Assembly (NCBI RefSeq): GCF_022045235.1
Contig: NW_027266308.1
Coordinates: forward strand, 22,382,001-22,446,000
DNA length: 64,000 nt
Direction of reading: 5' to 3'
DNA from: Haliotis cracherodii
Taxonomy: Eukaryota
Made by a program: the position numbers and the translations under genes. The number at the start of each line of letters is the position of its first letter. Positions within the stretch are counted from its first letter, which is position 1. Positions 38,946 to 53,706 of the stretch are shown one piece after another. Below the pieces are notes generated by a model that ran no database searches, was not told the DNA's origin, and saw only the letters and a program-made list of their open reading frames with translations.

Positions 38946-41900
38946 GATAAATAGATTGTCTTTATTTCCTCCAGTATTGAAGATACATTATATAAGATAG
39001 ATACATGAATATAGATTAAAACTATACAAAGTCGTTACATGCCAAAGTGAAGGGGGTATGAACAAATGATGCCACTTGTTAACATAATGAGAGAACAGTA
39101 ACATAGTTTCGCCCCATATCTCAAGCTCAAGGTCTTTCATGCAATCAGGCAGTCCGCCTAAGAGGAAAGACATGATAACATTATCATCATTCGACCAAAG
39201 GTCAACAAAGGAATTCGCATCCGTGATATCAAAGATATTTTCGAACATTTCATTTCTTTCTTGCATATTAATAGTACATGACATAAAAATGTGTTTGACT
39301 ATGTCATGGGCAACAGTTCCGTAATAACACTCTTGCGATTCTATCTTAGAGCAGCCTATTTTGACCATATTAGACAGAACATAAAACTTTGAAGGAAATC
39401 GTAAAGAAAGTTGCCAAATCCTGTGTTGACCTTCTGACCTGATACCAGTATATCTTAACAGGTCCTGTCGGTCACACATTTGTTTCACAATCCTTGCAGA
39501 ATCTGCATTTCTTACCTTTTCATCCACAAGACTAGTCCGTTTACATTTACTGGGAACATTTCAATATCTATTACGATATCTATGTAATCATTCAAGACAT
39601 GGAAAAGAACGTATTTATGTACCAGGCGCAGCATGTTGAAACAGGGAGATTTATAACACATTTTGGCAAAATCTGGTTGACATTTGTATTGCCCAAGTCT
39701 GCCAATCAATAGTTGTTTGAAATAGAAGTTAAGCTAGATCGCCACAGTTTACCAAATAAGATCAGGGCTTGTTTATCAATGTATGGCTGAATGGTTATAA
39801 GATCTAGACTACCCGGTACAACTTGGCTTGATGTAAGTCTTGGTAGGCTCTGTACTATTTTACTGAAGTAGCGCTGTGGTATTTCCAGCAATTCATACCC
39901 TCTACCAGTAAGTTGCCCCCATACATTGCATCCATATAAGGCACATGGTAAGATAACTCTCTGTAGTATTCGCACAGCCGCAATTGGGTTCAACCCTGCG
40001 AAATACAAACCATTGTTATGGTTTACATTAAAAAAGTCTTTTCAGTTTTTCGCATGCAATACGCGAGCGTTTGAGTGTTGAGATACTGTTACTAAGGCAT
40101 GCCCCAGCATATGTTACAAAATTCTTGTGTGGCAATTCTATCTTTCCACAGGAAACATGAGGGTACGGCACATTATATTTACAGTGCGAAATTACTACGA
40201 CTGCACTTTTATTCACATCATAAACCAAACGCCATCTACACGCATAATTGTGAGCAATATCTAACAGGTTTTGCAGTGCTGATGGAGAGCTACTAACAAT
40301 GGTTGTATCGTCTGCTAGCAGTTGACCTGCATAGTGACCCCAAGGTAAGCGGAGGCCGTAGCCAGAGCAATCAAGCGTGCAAATGAGATCATTGATATAT
40401 AATGTGGAAAGCCAGGCAGATAATACAATACAATACAATACAATATAGTTTATTAAAGTCTCACCATTTGTACAGCAGGGGTTTAAATAAAGCATTTTAA
40501 ATATCTAAAAACTTAAAAGTACAAATGCCACCTAAGGGGGTTACGAGAGACTATATCTTACACAAATGTAAGTGCTTTATAAAATAATGTAAAATGAGAT
40601 AAAGTTATACATAATATTATAATCTTAGTCATAATTTAGGAATATAAATATTAAGAATGTAAATGATAAGGTAAACAGTTAAATATATTGTTAAATTATA
40701 CATAAAATAATTTTCTATGCAACAACATTTTGAAGCACATGCTTCCTAATAGTGGTATGTTACAATGGTTATTTAAAATGGTGATATCTACAGGTGTAGG
40801 ATAGAACATATTCTTAAGATAAGATGTACGAATATCGTCATAAAAGGGACAGTGTAAAAGAAAGTGGGTTTCGTCTTCAACTTGGTCTGTACAATATTTA
40901 CAAAAGCGTTGTGTAGCCGGGATAGGAGGGGAGCAGTATCGGCCCGTTTCAATCTCCAATTTTAGGTAACCACATCTCAGGGAAGCAAGTATCCATCGCT
41001 GGTATCTTGGGAGTCGAGTGTAACTCTCAGTGAACAACTCAGTCTTAAAAAGTTTAAAAGTTCTTAACTTTGGTGTTGACTGGACGCTGTCTTTCCATCG
41101 CTGTTTGTCAAATGGAGACAAGTTTGGATAAAATGCTATAATAATTTAAAACCCACGGAGATGACTTATCAGAGGTATTTAGCAAATCTGTCAACTCCAG
41201 ATCACTGTAGATACGTTGTAGCTTTTTCTCCCAGGACTTTCCTCTTGTAAGTGACCACTGGTGTATCCTGTAGGTCAGTCTTGTCGTGGGCATTCATTGT
41301 AACCTACACCACAGTCGGGCAGCCTCCATATACAGTTTAGACTGCCAGTCCAACCACCCATCCCATATCTCCTCGAACGGCGGTGTTACATGTATTTCTT
41401 GAAACTCCGAGGAAGACACGGCATGCTCTGTTCTGTATAGTGTACACTTCTTTATACTTGTTAACTCCCCACAGACCAGAACAATAGGTTAAAACAGGTT
41501 GAACGATGCTTTCATAAAGTCGGGTAAAAACATCAAAGTGCATATCACCGCAGGTGTAAAGCTTGTGACAAAGATATCTTAGAGCACGTGAAGCAGATGT
41601 GACCAGTTCTTTAACAGCATAGCGTAAGTCACAATGCACGTGTAGCCACAAACCTAGATAACGGTAGCTGTCTGCGTAATCGAGTGTCACATGGCCACAG
41701 TGGAAAGTCCCGTTATGTTGAGGCACGCTTTTCCTCCTGAAATGTACAGCGCTCGTCTTGCTTGCGTTTATGCTGACTCGCCACTTCTTTGTCCACAGAT
41801 AAAGTATGTTCAATATCATCTGAAGACTTTCAGGATCAGGGCTGAGTAAAACAATGTCGTCTGCATATAATAAAACGGAAACATTAAAATTGTCAATCTG

Positions 41901-42834
41901 TATACCGCAGTTGCTCTCTTTCAACTCCTCAGCAAGATCGTTAATGTATATAGCGAACAGCGTGGGTGATAAAAACACATCCTTGCTTCACACCAGATTC
42001 AACAGGGAAGATGTCCGTCTCATAGTTGTTTACTTGCACAGAACATAGAACGTTGTCATACAGCGATCTGATAGCTTGGAGAATATTGCCTGATATGCCA
42101 TAGTCCATGAGCTTAAACCACAACAAGTCTGTTTGCTGTTTTTTTCTGTTATTTACAATACTATATAATATATAAACTATATACATGATCAAGGCAGGAC
42201 CGTCCTCTTCTAAAACCGTTTTGCTCGTCGACCAATATGTCCCGGGACTCGAGATATTTACACAATCTGTGATTGATGATGTCAGCGTATATCTTGGAGG
42301 GTATAGATAAAATGGTTAGTGGTCTGTAGCTTAGAGGGTCACGTGGGTCGGCGTCTTTACTCTTCTTGGGAATGGGCTTTATTTTACCATGGTTCCAGAT
42401 GCTCGGCACATTACCTGTACTAAAACTGTGGGAGACGAGTTGATACATTAACTCAGCACAAACATCATTTTTGAGTACAACGCTCGGAATGTTATCAAGT
42501 CCCACCGCCTTTCCAACCTTAGCTCGATTAATAGCACTCACAACTTCTTCCCTAGAGATCGGGTCATTCAGGACAGGAATAGTCTCTGATTCTACTTGAA
42601 TGTTGCTAAACTTCTGTTGCACATTACTTAGATGTTCGTCGTTAAAATCCCCAGAATCACTTGTAGGGTTGTACAAAGACACGTCCTTGACCAACACCTT
42701 GATAGATAGAAATACATCTGAGCTGTAGCGTATGTAACATATGATTGCATGGACGAATAGGCAATACGCAAAACACGCCATGTTTTACCAGTTATACCCA
42801 TGTCATATAGCTTAAGGAATAAGCTATGAAGCCA
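38946..42834 (-). mobile_element. 5'-truncated degraded non-LTR retrotransposon (RT domain to 3' end), interrupted by a second LINE
   Basis: RT motifs KLYDMGITGK, QGVGQGRVL|SAWL, YINDL, LLADD, ILPCALYG; AATAAA near 38960 (-); 55-bp flanking direct repeats. Confidence 0.85.
40422..42675 (-). mobile_element. Nested CR1/L2-like LINE fragment with (TATTG)n tail
   Basis: KAVGLDNI, YRPLTILS, EQNGFRRGRSC, GVKQG, LLYADDIVL, LEIETGRY, EDETHFLLHC; AATAAA followed by (TATTG)4 at the 3' end; frameshifts. Confidence 0.88.
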
Positions 42835-42879
42835 TAACTCCTAATTCCTTATATATACAGGAGAAATATAATAAGTTCT

Positions 42880-44230
42880 ATAATGGATATAACCTTCACG
42901 TCAGACAATGTGTAATGGATATAACCTTAACGTCATACATTCTATAACAGATATAATCTTCATGTCACAAATGGTATAATGGACATAAAATTCACGTCGG
43001 AAATAGAATAATTGCCATAACCTTCACGTCACAAATTGTATATTTGATACAACCGTAACGTCACAAATGGCATACATGTATTGACGTAACAGATGATCTG
43101 ACGGACATAACCTTCACATCAGAGTTGAGGAGAGGTAAATTGGGTTTAACGTCGCAATCAAGATTAATGCACTGACATAGCGACATAGGCGGACGTTCTA
43201 CCATTAGACCACGAAGACGGTCTTCACATCAGTAGTCGTATAACTGACGTTAACCGCCACGTCACACATGGTATATTGGATCTAACTTTCACGTTATAAG
43301 TTGAATGATGGATATAACCTCGACGTCACGAATTGCACAATTGATATAAACTTTACGTCATACGTGATAAAATGGATCTAATCTTCACGTCGCAAATTGT
43401 ATAATGGATATACCTTTCACGTCAGAAGTTGTATGAAAGATATAACCTTCACGTTACAAATGGTATAATGGGCATAACACACACATCACAAATAGTGTAA
43501 TGGATCTAAGCTTTATGTCACAAATGGCATAATGGGTATAACCCGTACGTCACAAATAGTGTAATGGGTCAAACCTTTATGTCACAAATGGTATTATGGG
43601 TATTACCCGCACATCACAAATGATATAATTGGTAGAACCCGCACATCACAAATGGTACAATGGGTATAACCAGCACATCACCAATGGTATAATGGGTATA
43701 ACCTTCAATTTACAAATGGTATAATGGAGATACAAACCATTATGTCACAAATGGTATTGTGGGTATAACCCGCACGTCACAAATGGTATAATGGATATAA
43801 CCTGCACATCACAAATGGTATAATGGGTATAACCCGCACATCACAAATGGTATAATGGGTATAACCTGCACATCACAAATGGTATAATGGGTATAACCCG
43901 CACATCACAAATGTTATTAAGGGTATAACCGGCACATCACAAATGGTGTAATGGATCTAACCATTGTGTCACAAATGGTATAATGGGTATAACCTGCACA
44001 TCACAAATGGTATAATGGGTATAACCCGCACATCACAAATGGTATTAAGGGTATAATCCGCACATCACAAATGGTGTAATGGATCTAACCATTGTGTCAC
44101 AAATGGTATAATGGGTATAACCCGCACATCACAAATGGTATATTATATATAACCTTCAATTTACAAATGGTATAATGGAGATAACCATCGCGTCCCAAAT
44201 ACACTTTCACGAACATAAGCTCCACGTCAT
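42880..44230 (+). repeat. 32-bp minisatellite, ~38 units, most homogeneous at 43600-44150
   Basis: Unit ACAAATGGTATAATGGGTATAACCCGCACATC. Confidence 0.9.
43123..43221 (-). mobile_element. 99-bp internally deleted tRNA-type SINE inside the minisatellite
   Basis: 11-bp TSD CTTCACATCAG (43112-43122, 43222-43232); head GTGGTCTAATGGTAGAACG. Confidence 0.7.
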
Positions 44231-44949
44231 ATATATATATATATATATATTTAGGAAGCCGGATGATGAATTACAAAACAAACGTATTCATGCATGGTCG
44301 CTGTCCGGTAAATGGAACACAACAGTGTGTATTTTGCATTGTTGGTAATTGAAATTCACTGTCCTTTCCGATTTACAGATAAATGAATCATTTTATGCGG
44401 CAAATTAGTATCACAATCAATGCCCCTTTCAAGCTGACCATCAATTAGTAATATGAGGCGTTTTGTATAATTACCTCTCAATTTAAAACTCAAATATCAA
44501 ACTTAAACGAAACCCTGCTGAAAAGTACGTTTGAGTGAGTGGGGTGAAATTTAACGTCGCATTTGATAGGCATNNNNNNNNNNNNNNNNNNNNNNNNNNN
44601 NNNNNNNNNNNNNNNNNNNNNNNNNNNNNNNNNNNNNNNNNNNNNNNNNNNNNNNNNNNNNNNNNNNNNNNNNNNNNNNNNNNNNNNNNNNNNNNNNNNN
44701 NNNNNNNNNNNNNNNNNNNNNNNNNNNNNNNNNNNNNNNNNNNNNNNNNNNNNNNNNNNNNNNNNNNNNNNNNNNNNNNNNNNNNNNNNNNNNNNNNAAT
44801 AAGATAGCATATGGCAATATGTAAGTTATGTTTAAATGCAGTTACTGTAGTACGTTGCCTTGCTGCAGTACCACACGAACGAACTACTCCCAATGGATAA
44901 AATAAAAATTACAACATTAAGTTGCAGAGGTTTAAATTATAAGGTAAAG

Positions 44950-46900
44950 CGAAAATAAGCATTTTACTAAAGGTATGGAAGAACAAATTTACAAAGACTG
45001 GCAATGCAAGAAATGTTATTTTCGTTCATTTAAAAGTAATTCCATAGGGGTAGCCTTTTAATGTTCCAAGTACTTATATTTTAACCTTGATGATTTGAAA
45101 AGTGACGATGATGGAAATATGATCACAATAGAACCTACGACAGATGCATACACATTGGCTATTATCAATATATACGGTCCAAATATTGACGGAAATAGCT
45201 TTTATGATAAACTAGATATGCTGATACGCGCACTAAACAGTGTCCACGTTGTGGTATGTGAAGTATGAAATGTGGTCCAGAATTATTTTATCCATACTTA
45301 TTATTACAAAGACAACAATAATCAAACGGCAAGGGAGAGAATAACGCAGCTAAAAGATGAACTAGATTTAGTAGATCCATGGCGGTATAGATACCCAAAT
45401 GTTAGACGACATACATGGCGACAGCCAACACCATTAAAACAAGCTAGGCCCAACTATTTTCTGATATCTCATTTTATGATCTCTTCGATTACGGATGCGA
45501 CAATAGACGCAAGTTTTAAATCCGACCATTCGCCAATATGTACCTGTAAGTAATTTAATCTCACAGAATTACAGCATGGAAAGTGGTTTTGGAAATTCAA
45601 CAATTCTCCCTTGAAAGATACTGGCTATGTATGTCAACATGGTAAAACAGACTATCCCTGAAACTGTTACTCAACACGAAAACACATATGATAACACGAA
45701 TGAATTTAGTATTCGGGTGTTTTTCAAAACCCTCAGTCTAGTATTAATGATTAGAGGAGAAACCATAAAATATTCATCCCATAAAAAATCGAGAAAGAGA
45801 AAAAAAAGTATCTTGCTTAACCAGAAATATGGATGAAATAAGACAAAGAATGGACGAGGATTGCAACCACCAAACCAAAACTAATGCAAGGAAACGAAGT
45901 ATTAAACGAAAAAAATGAATAAATCAATAAGATAAAACATCAAGGCCTTGTGATAAGTGCTGAAGCTATATGGACTGAAAAGGGAGAAATACCCACAAAC
46001 TATTTTCTTGGTCTAGATTCACGGAATTTTCTAAACAAATCATTTGTAAGATTAGAAAGCAGTAAAGGAATTGTTATTGAAAAACAACATGGAATTAAAG
46101 AAGAAGTTAAAAGCTTTTACTTCAAATTATATACGAAACAAAATTTTACTGATATTTACCTGGAAAACGTGCTCACAGAACATGATGTCCGCAAATTAAG
46201 CAAAATAAGTTCAGCAGCTTTGCAAGGCGAATTAAAATATGGCAAAGAACAGCCTGCTATAAAATGTTTAGAGAATGACAAGAGCTCAGGTCCCGATGGC
46301 TTCACTGCTGAATTATTATTTTTTCTGGATCGCTTCTCAAATTGACTTTATTATCATTCAAGATAATGATATACTTACAGAAGGCATTTGGTATAATAAC
46401 AACACATAGATTGGCGAAAAGGGTTTTTCACGCAAAGAATGGTATAACCATGGTATCGAATGAATGACCTAATCGATGATAAGGGGAAACTACTCACTTT
46501 CTCATATATACGGGCATTGTTAATCCTATAAAACAATATTTTCTGAAAGGCAACATACAATTTCAAACTACCTAACCTAACCCTACCCACATATATACAA
46601 CAACTCTTGAAACATTCCACAGGAACTCAATATTACTATGAACTGTCACTGAGTGCAGAATGCAAAAAAAACTAAACACTGGGCAAAATGGGACTAATGA
46701 TTGGCCACACAACAATGTAACTCACTTTAGGTCTACACAAGATACAAGTTTGCAAAGGTTCCAATACAGAATACTACACCACATCTTACCGATTAATAAT
46801 GTATAGTCAAAAAATAGGATATGTAGATAGCAGTAGTTGTAGATAGTTGCATCCAAGACATAGAAACAATGATCCAATCAACATTATCATTATACATTAC
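44950..46900 (+). mobile_element. Degraded L1/Tx1-like ORF2 remnant (APE endonuclease; most of RT deleted)
   Basis: NIYGPN, DPWR..TWRQ, SDHSPI, WKFNN, IRGETIKYS, GEIPTNYF, KSSGPDGFTAE, later FQYRILHHILP; many stops and frameshifts. Confidence 0.82.
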
Positions 46901-47915
46901 ATTGTATACAAATTTGATTTTTCAAAGTAAGTTTCACAAAACTATGCCACCATTCTCAACTTTCCAGGATGAAAAAAAACAATAATCGCTAAATGTCCCT
47001 CTTTAATAGATTGTAAATTAGATTCCTTTTATATGTTCTGATCGTCATGTCATGTTTTATTTCGTTAGACTAAAAAAACACGTTTCCACTCTGGTGCTGC
47101 TCAACATGTTCTGAGATAGATGTTATTCATATCACCCGCAGGTCATTTTTATTTGTTTTCCTGTAAAATGTTGATAAATGCAACAAACGAAATTAAACAT
47201 ATAAGAAGTAGCTGACACCCTATGATTTGACTGACAAAGTGTCCAAAGTGACGTAAAACCAAACTCACACACGTCATTGTTTGGGCTTGTTGATATCCGC
47301 ACAACGAAATACATGACTTGGTTCAGTGGCACACACATCCCCAACTAAATACTGATAACACCACTCAGTTATCTAGATGTGTCACAGATTCCGGACACCC
47401 GTACAAACCTCAAAATTAAAACTCCTCGAGTATTCCCGTCTGCTTTTGATCCTAAGTCACCTTGACACCACATATGGCATGGCATGCCCTCAAATAGGAA
47501 TTACATCATTAAAATAAGCTGTTTTGTATGCGACATTGTCTTTTTCCTTGACCCGGCAATACTGTCGGTGGAAACGTATAACTGTAATGTGCTAGTAGCA
47601 CGTCGCATTTTAGAAGATATTGAGAAACAGGCGTTGCTAAATCACACACAGTCCTCGTTACGTCTTGAGTGTGTCACGCTAAAAGGTCACATGCTATATT
47701 TATCACAAGGGATCGCTAACATGTGTAGGAAGGTTCACAATTTGGTCTCTGTATCTAAATGGGTTATCTATAACCATGGCAGTACACGGATTATTGTTAT
47801 AAAATTAGGTTATAATAGGTTATATTATACAGCAATGTCCACGTGATGTTATATCATGTGACGAAATTGATGTTGATATCACAGGTAGTGAAGCGAGCAC
47901 TCCACAACATACAAC

Positions 47916-50900
47916 ATGGAAACAGAACCGCTCCTGCAAAAGGTGGAGGACACTCCTGAATCTGGAGTAAAGAAATCTCAGATCAAGAATCTCTTGTTTG
48001 GCAATATGATTTTATTCATATTAACACTAGGGGCATCGATGTACTCGCCAGTGATGAGCCAATATCTCTACAAACGGGTGACGGAGGACGTGTTTAGTAA
48101 CCACACGGTGGCGGGGAAGGGCCCGATGAATCACACATGTTACCTGAACACATCCAACCCAGACTACATCCTTCAGGAGAAGGCACAGCAGATCGCAGCA
48201 GCCAAACAAATGCAGTTTACAATCATGAAAAGCAGTCTAGCCATCATCACTAACATCATGCTTGGTTCCTATTCGGACTCGATTGGTCGCAAGCTCCTCT
48301 TTGCTGCACCTCTGACTGGCCACTGTTTAAGATTTGGATTTACAGCAGTCATTATCTACTGGAAGTTGGATATCAATTGGTTTTTTATATCAGAAGGGAT
48401 AGACGGCCTAACAGGGGGCTACTATGCTATGTTGCTTGCATCGTACGCCTATGCTGCTGACAATACTCCGGCGACAGGTGCTCGAACCATGGGCATAGCC
48501 TTCGTGGAGTTCTTTCAGAACATAGGATCTGCTGCCTCATCAACAGCAGCTGGCTTCTTCATCCAAGACGTGAACTTCTTCTACCCAACACTAACTGCCA
48601 CACTCATCGTTCTCGTAGACATTATCCTGGTGGTGACACTGCTGCCCGAGAGAAGGGGGGTTAAAAGAGCGAAGAACAGTTGGATTACACCTCTTGAAGG
48701 ATGTCGACGAGTGTTCGGATTTTATGTTTTGGAGGGCAGTAAACGGAAGCGAATATGTTTCATATTAGCTATCTTGATATTCGTTTTCACTGCCTTGCCA
48801 GGCGTGGGGGCGTCTAATATTGACACACTATTCAAACTGAACCTTCCGTTTTGCTGGACCCCTGAGAAAATAGGTTACTATAGTACAATAAGCTCTGTGG
48901 CACAACAGGTGATCGGTGTCCCGTTGACGCGACTGTTACAGTGTTGCTGTATTGATGAGGTGATAGGAGTGATCGGTTCTCTGGCGATAGGTGCAGCAGA
49001 CAGCCTACAGTCCATTGCAAGCACAGACTGGATGATGTATGGACGTAAGTACATAGGGAAGTATGAACGATCATTTTACATTTCCGGGAATTTGTGATGG
49101 TAACGAATTGAAATATAATCCGTTTTCCCTTTTGGTACTTAATAAATTATGGATGACAATTAAGTTTTCGATCACATGTGCTGAAAAAAAAGAAAAGAGT
49201 CATTTGTCTCGTAATAGCCAAAATGACGGTTCATTATTTGTGAAAATATTCATTCAAATTGGCTTTTAATATTGATATAGCATTTGGGCTATGACACATT
49301 TAAATGCTCTTTTTTAGATTTATTAAGTTATGTGTGATTTATAACACTGTTCATATTATTGTTCTTCCAGTTGCCAGCATCAAAACCCCTGCTGCCACGT
49401 TGTTCCCAATTGTTCGCTCGATCTTGTCCCGGTTGGCTCCAGCTAACAAACAAGGTCAGACTGTGTCTATCGAGGATGTACTGAATATATCATAAGTATA
49501 TCATGTCAATGAAATACCTTCACTCACAGCCTGTGATACAACGGATGACTCTACGCAGGCAAAATAAGTGGCTTTCTGTTGTTCAGTCTACATACAGGCC
49601 AAAGACATAATAACCACAAAAATGGGATAGGTCCTCAGCTCTTTATTGCTTAATTTGTTTTTATTAAGAGGTATCTAAATTGGATCGGCTTGTCAGACTC
49701 GGTGTCTTTGCGGATTGCAAGTCATCGTACCCTCACAACTGTTTATGCCTTCAGTCACTGGTCTGCCTAACAATTGCCACAATGTTAGAGCTGGGATATT
49801 GCTGACTGCAGTGTAAACAAACGTAGTTTTAAAGAATACACATCTACGTACATTGCTGTACTATTGTTGCAGGTTCCCTCTTCGCCAGTATAGCGGTGGT
49901 GGAGACGATGTGCTCGTTGGTGGGGACTCCTATCTTCAGCAGCATATATCAGGACACGGTGGTGGTGTGGAGAGGGATGGTCTTCATCTTCTTGGGAGGC
50001 ACACATGTTGTCAGTGCCATTGTTCTTGGGTGAGTATTTAATATACTTTTCCCCTCTATATTCACAATCCATGACCGTCTTAAATCAATTTTGTCAGCTA
50101 ATGATTGATCGAGGATTGCTGCGCAGTTTTGATAATACTCCTACCCGTGGCAATTCCGGGTTGGAATAGGTCGCCAGTAAAATATGCTGACCATAAGAGG
50201 CCACACAATGGATTGGATTGTCAGGCACACTGATGTGGTTCATTTTCGTGTCATCGAACCCCGACGGCGTGGAAAGTCGCTCATAATATCAATCACTGGA
50301 TTGTCTGGTCAGACTTCACAGGCCGCCGTCATACTGCTTGAATATTTCAAAACAACAAACAAACAATATAGATGTGCACGAGCATGGACTAAAGTGTCAA
50401 ACTCCCTTGCTATGAATTTAGTTGAAGTACACGTATGTCCATTGCGCCCCTATCCTGATTGTAAACTTGTAACCGAGAAGTGAATAAGTAAATTCAAACG
50501 CAGGGCCCGGTTTAGGTATTATCATTGTTCAGGAGAGATTATCACATTAAACTTTTAGTTAATTATAGCACAACCCATACTCACAGAGAAACTGTCCCCA
50601 GTGAATGAATGTTTTAGGTTCCACTAATGATCATTTTACAAACAGTGCGGAACATAAAGTTGGTTGGTTGGTTTGTTGTTTAACGCCGCACTCAGCAATA
50701 TTCCAGCTATATGACGGCGGTCATATAAATAATCGAGTCTGTACCAGACAGTCCAGTGTTTAATATCATGAGCATTGATCCACGCAATTGGGATCGATGA
50801 CATGCAACAAGTCAGCGAGCCGGACCACCCGATCCCGTTTTGTCGCCTTTTTCGACAAACATAGTCACATTTTACGGCATGCATGGGTTTACCGAAGACT

Positions 50901-51293
50901 TACTCGTAAAGACCTATATATAATAGTAATTATAGTAATAGTAAACTGAACTTTTTATCACTGAAATCTGTTCCACGTGGGTTATCCTAGAAGGATGCAA
51001 TTATCACGCCTATTCTTTTTTTCAGGATCTATATATTCGTGTCAAAACCGATCAGACAAAACGGCGATGTTCCGCAGGCTTCGCGCGATCGCGATGTTCA
51101 ACAGGTTCAACCAGGTGTTCCACATGTTCAGCACGTGGTCACAGTGCACAAAGGGACACAGACAGACATAACCGGAGATCCAACAATGCACGAGCATGCG
51201 CGGTCGGTGGCAGGCCAGGAGGTGGCAGAGATCACCCAGGCTAGCATACACGTACACGTTCAGTCGGCGTATGGCAAAGAGGATGGACACTAA
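47916..51293 (+). CDS. SLC46-family MFS transporter, paralog 6 (~545 aa); exons 47916-49044, 49371-49454, 49873-50029, 51026-51293
   Basis: ~91% amino-acid identity to paralog 4 in exon 1; GT-AG junctions; TAA stop 6 codons earlier than in paralogs 4 and 5. Confidence 0.92.
50660..50906 (-). mobile_element. SINE-like insertion specific to paralog 6 intron 3
   Basis: TAAAG duplication on both sides; empty site GCGGAACATAAAGACCTATATA at ~37179-37200 in paralog 5. Confidence 0.8.
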
Positions 51294-53039
51294 ATTAAAA
51301 CAGCCAACTAGTTGATGTTCATTTTCACGACGCCGGTAACAGGCTTGCCTTTGTCAAGAGTTGAAATGATCCCCTTAGGCCATTGCACTTGAATGACAGA
51401 CGCTATATACATATATATTATCCCAAAGTGCTTTCATTATATGTGTGTTATGCACGCTGCATGTGAGTTTTTTTATTGCTCACGTCATAAAGTTCCGATG
51501 AATGACTATTCAATTATCTCACGATGCTCTGTGGGGATTTGGGGGCAGACTAGATCCCCAGTATATCTTGCTTGTGGTAAAATGAAACTGTTGTGTGTCG
51601 AACATGGCTTGACCGCTGGGTTTGACGCTCGTGGTTTGACCTACTACAGTATACAGGTCGCCGGGCTATAGCTGCATATTGTTGACGGTCGGGATATGCA
51701 TATGTCAGTCACGTACTCACTGCTAGTTCTACAAATGGTAGATGACCTTAATGTGATTTAGGTGCCGCTGAATACATTAATTCTAACCCATCATGAGTAT
51801 TCCGGAGAAGGATAGTCCCCAGCATTCAATGCTTGTCGTGTGTGCTGACAGATTGTAAGGGACGCGATGATCAGGCTGTGTGGTGTTTAATGCAAATGTT
51901 TTATTTTTTAAATAAAGGTGTATATGTATTTTACTTTTCTTATTCACTTTGTGGAATTGTGTTTTCTGGCTTCGATATGTCGAATTTCTATTGCCTCAGA
52001 TTGCTATGGGGACCAGAACACTGATGCTAGGAAACGAAATCTAACCCTTGGGAAAACAAACTGCCATTACAACTAAACACCCAAAACAATACATCTGGGT
52101 ATTACGTTCAGTCTCCTTCGGACATTATTTCGTCTATGTTGTGTATCACGTACTGTAACAGTTTCAGGCTTTAGTTGATTTATTGGACGCTAAGTAGTTT
52201 TTGACCATGAAATGAAATATTTATCTATAAACACAATATCGTGTGTAGTTTTCATGATAACGTCAAGACACTATCATAGACATAATAGTAAAAGATCGTA
52301 ACACAGTTGGTCACAACACGACTTGTATATTTAAGATCTAGACCCAAACTGACATTTCTACAATCTCGTCACTTCCACACAACCTAACCATACATCCATC
52401 AATATGTACAAAACATGCGATCACTTACCATTTCATACCAGTTACTTGACACATTAGAATTCCCCAACTCACTGACAGTGTTCACATTCGTTCTCTTTTC
52501 AGGTAACTAGAGTTATCTCTCTTAGACTGTAAGTGTCTGTCGCTTTCACAATGGACTCGACTTTCAGGTTTAAGTACGTTGGTTTGTCGGTCAAGTTCTC
52601 CTGGTCATTTTCTTGTTAAATTCAATTTGAATGTAATATATGAGGGAAAAATCTATCTCAAAATGTAAAACACCTCCCCACCTCTTTGTACAAAAATTTA
52701 AGTAAATGAGAGTGTTGATAGAACATCAATATATTTTGTATGTTGCTTTATTTATTTCGGTCGCTGTAGCGGTTATCTGTATGAAGGAAAACCATATAAA
52801 TTTGCGTACAACTTTTACTGACGAATACATTTCGAGAAGTCGATGTATATAGCACATTAAAAATGGATTTAGATATAGATACCTCATGTGTCTCAATGTC
52901 GTTCTTTTATTGAGTTACACAACCATCTGTCAATTAGGCTTTTATCAGGGAAAATATAGACGTAATAACTGCGTCCTCCTTCATATTTTGCAGCTTGGAT
53001 ATACAGGAGAAATACGTCAAGGAAATGGTATATTGTGTA

Positions 53040-53600
53040 GATACCGTTCCCGTCACAAATAACATTTAGTGGCTTATATCCTTCACGTCACAAATAATAT
53101 ATGGATATTTTGTTCCGTCACAAATGGAGTTTAACGATTATATCCTTCACGTCGCAAATAGTGTAATGGATATAACTTTAACGTCACAAATAGGGTAACA
53201 ATTGATATATAACTTTCCCGTCACAAATGGTACAGTTGATATATCACTTTCACGTCACATATAGTACAATGGGTATTTTGTAACGTCAATAACAAGGTAT
53301 AATGAATATATCCTTCGCGTCGCAAATAGTATACTGGATATAACTTTCACGTCACAAATAGAGCATCATGGATATATGACCTTCACGTGACAACTGGTAC
53401 AAGGGATATTTTCTTGAAGTCACAAATGGGGCATAATTATTGAATATATCCTTCGCGTCGCAAATAGTATAATGGATATAACTTTCACATCACAAACAGG
53501 GTACAATGGATATATGCCTGTCACGGCACACATTGTGAAATGGATATTTTCTTGACTTCAATAACAGGGTATAATGAATATATACTTCACGTCGCAAATA
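53040..53600 (+). repeat. Degenerate 32-33-bp minisatellite; inverted units at 54080-54260
   Basis: CTTCACGTCACAAAT cores on +; ATTTGTGACGTGAAG cores at 54132-54182. Confidence 0.8.
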
Positions 53601-53706
53601 AGGTAAATAAGTTGTCCGCGTTACGCCTTGAAACGTGTCTTCATATATCCACGACTGTAGGTGACATTTTACATTTCGTTTCGAATATCATTTTCTAAGC
53701 TTTTAA

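Noticed and set aside
44483-44893. ORFs spanning N runs (also 8669-9291, 37734-38069)
   Set aside because: Artefacts of assembly gaps and simple repeats.
26797-51293. Paralogs 4, 5 and 6 as uncollapsed haplotypes
   Set aside because: Three versions exist with diverged introns, ~9% protein divergence between 4 and 6, and private TE insertions. Gaps at 37.8 and 44.6 kb leave some doubt for 5 versus 6.
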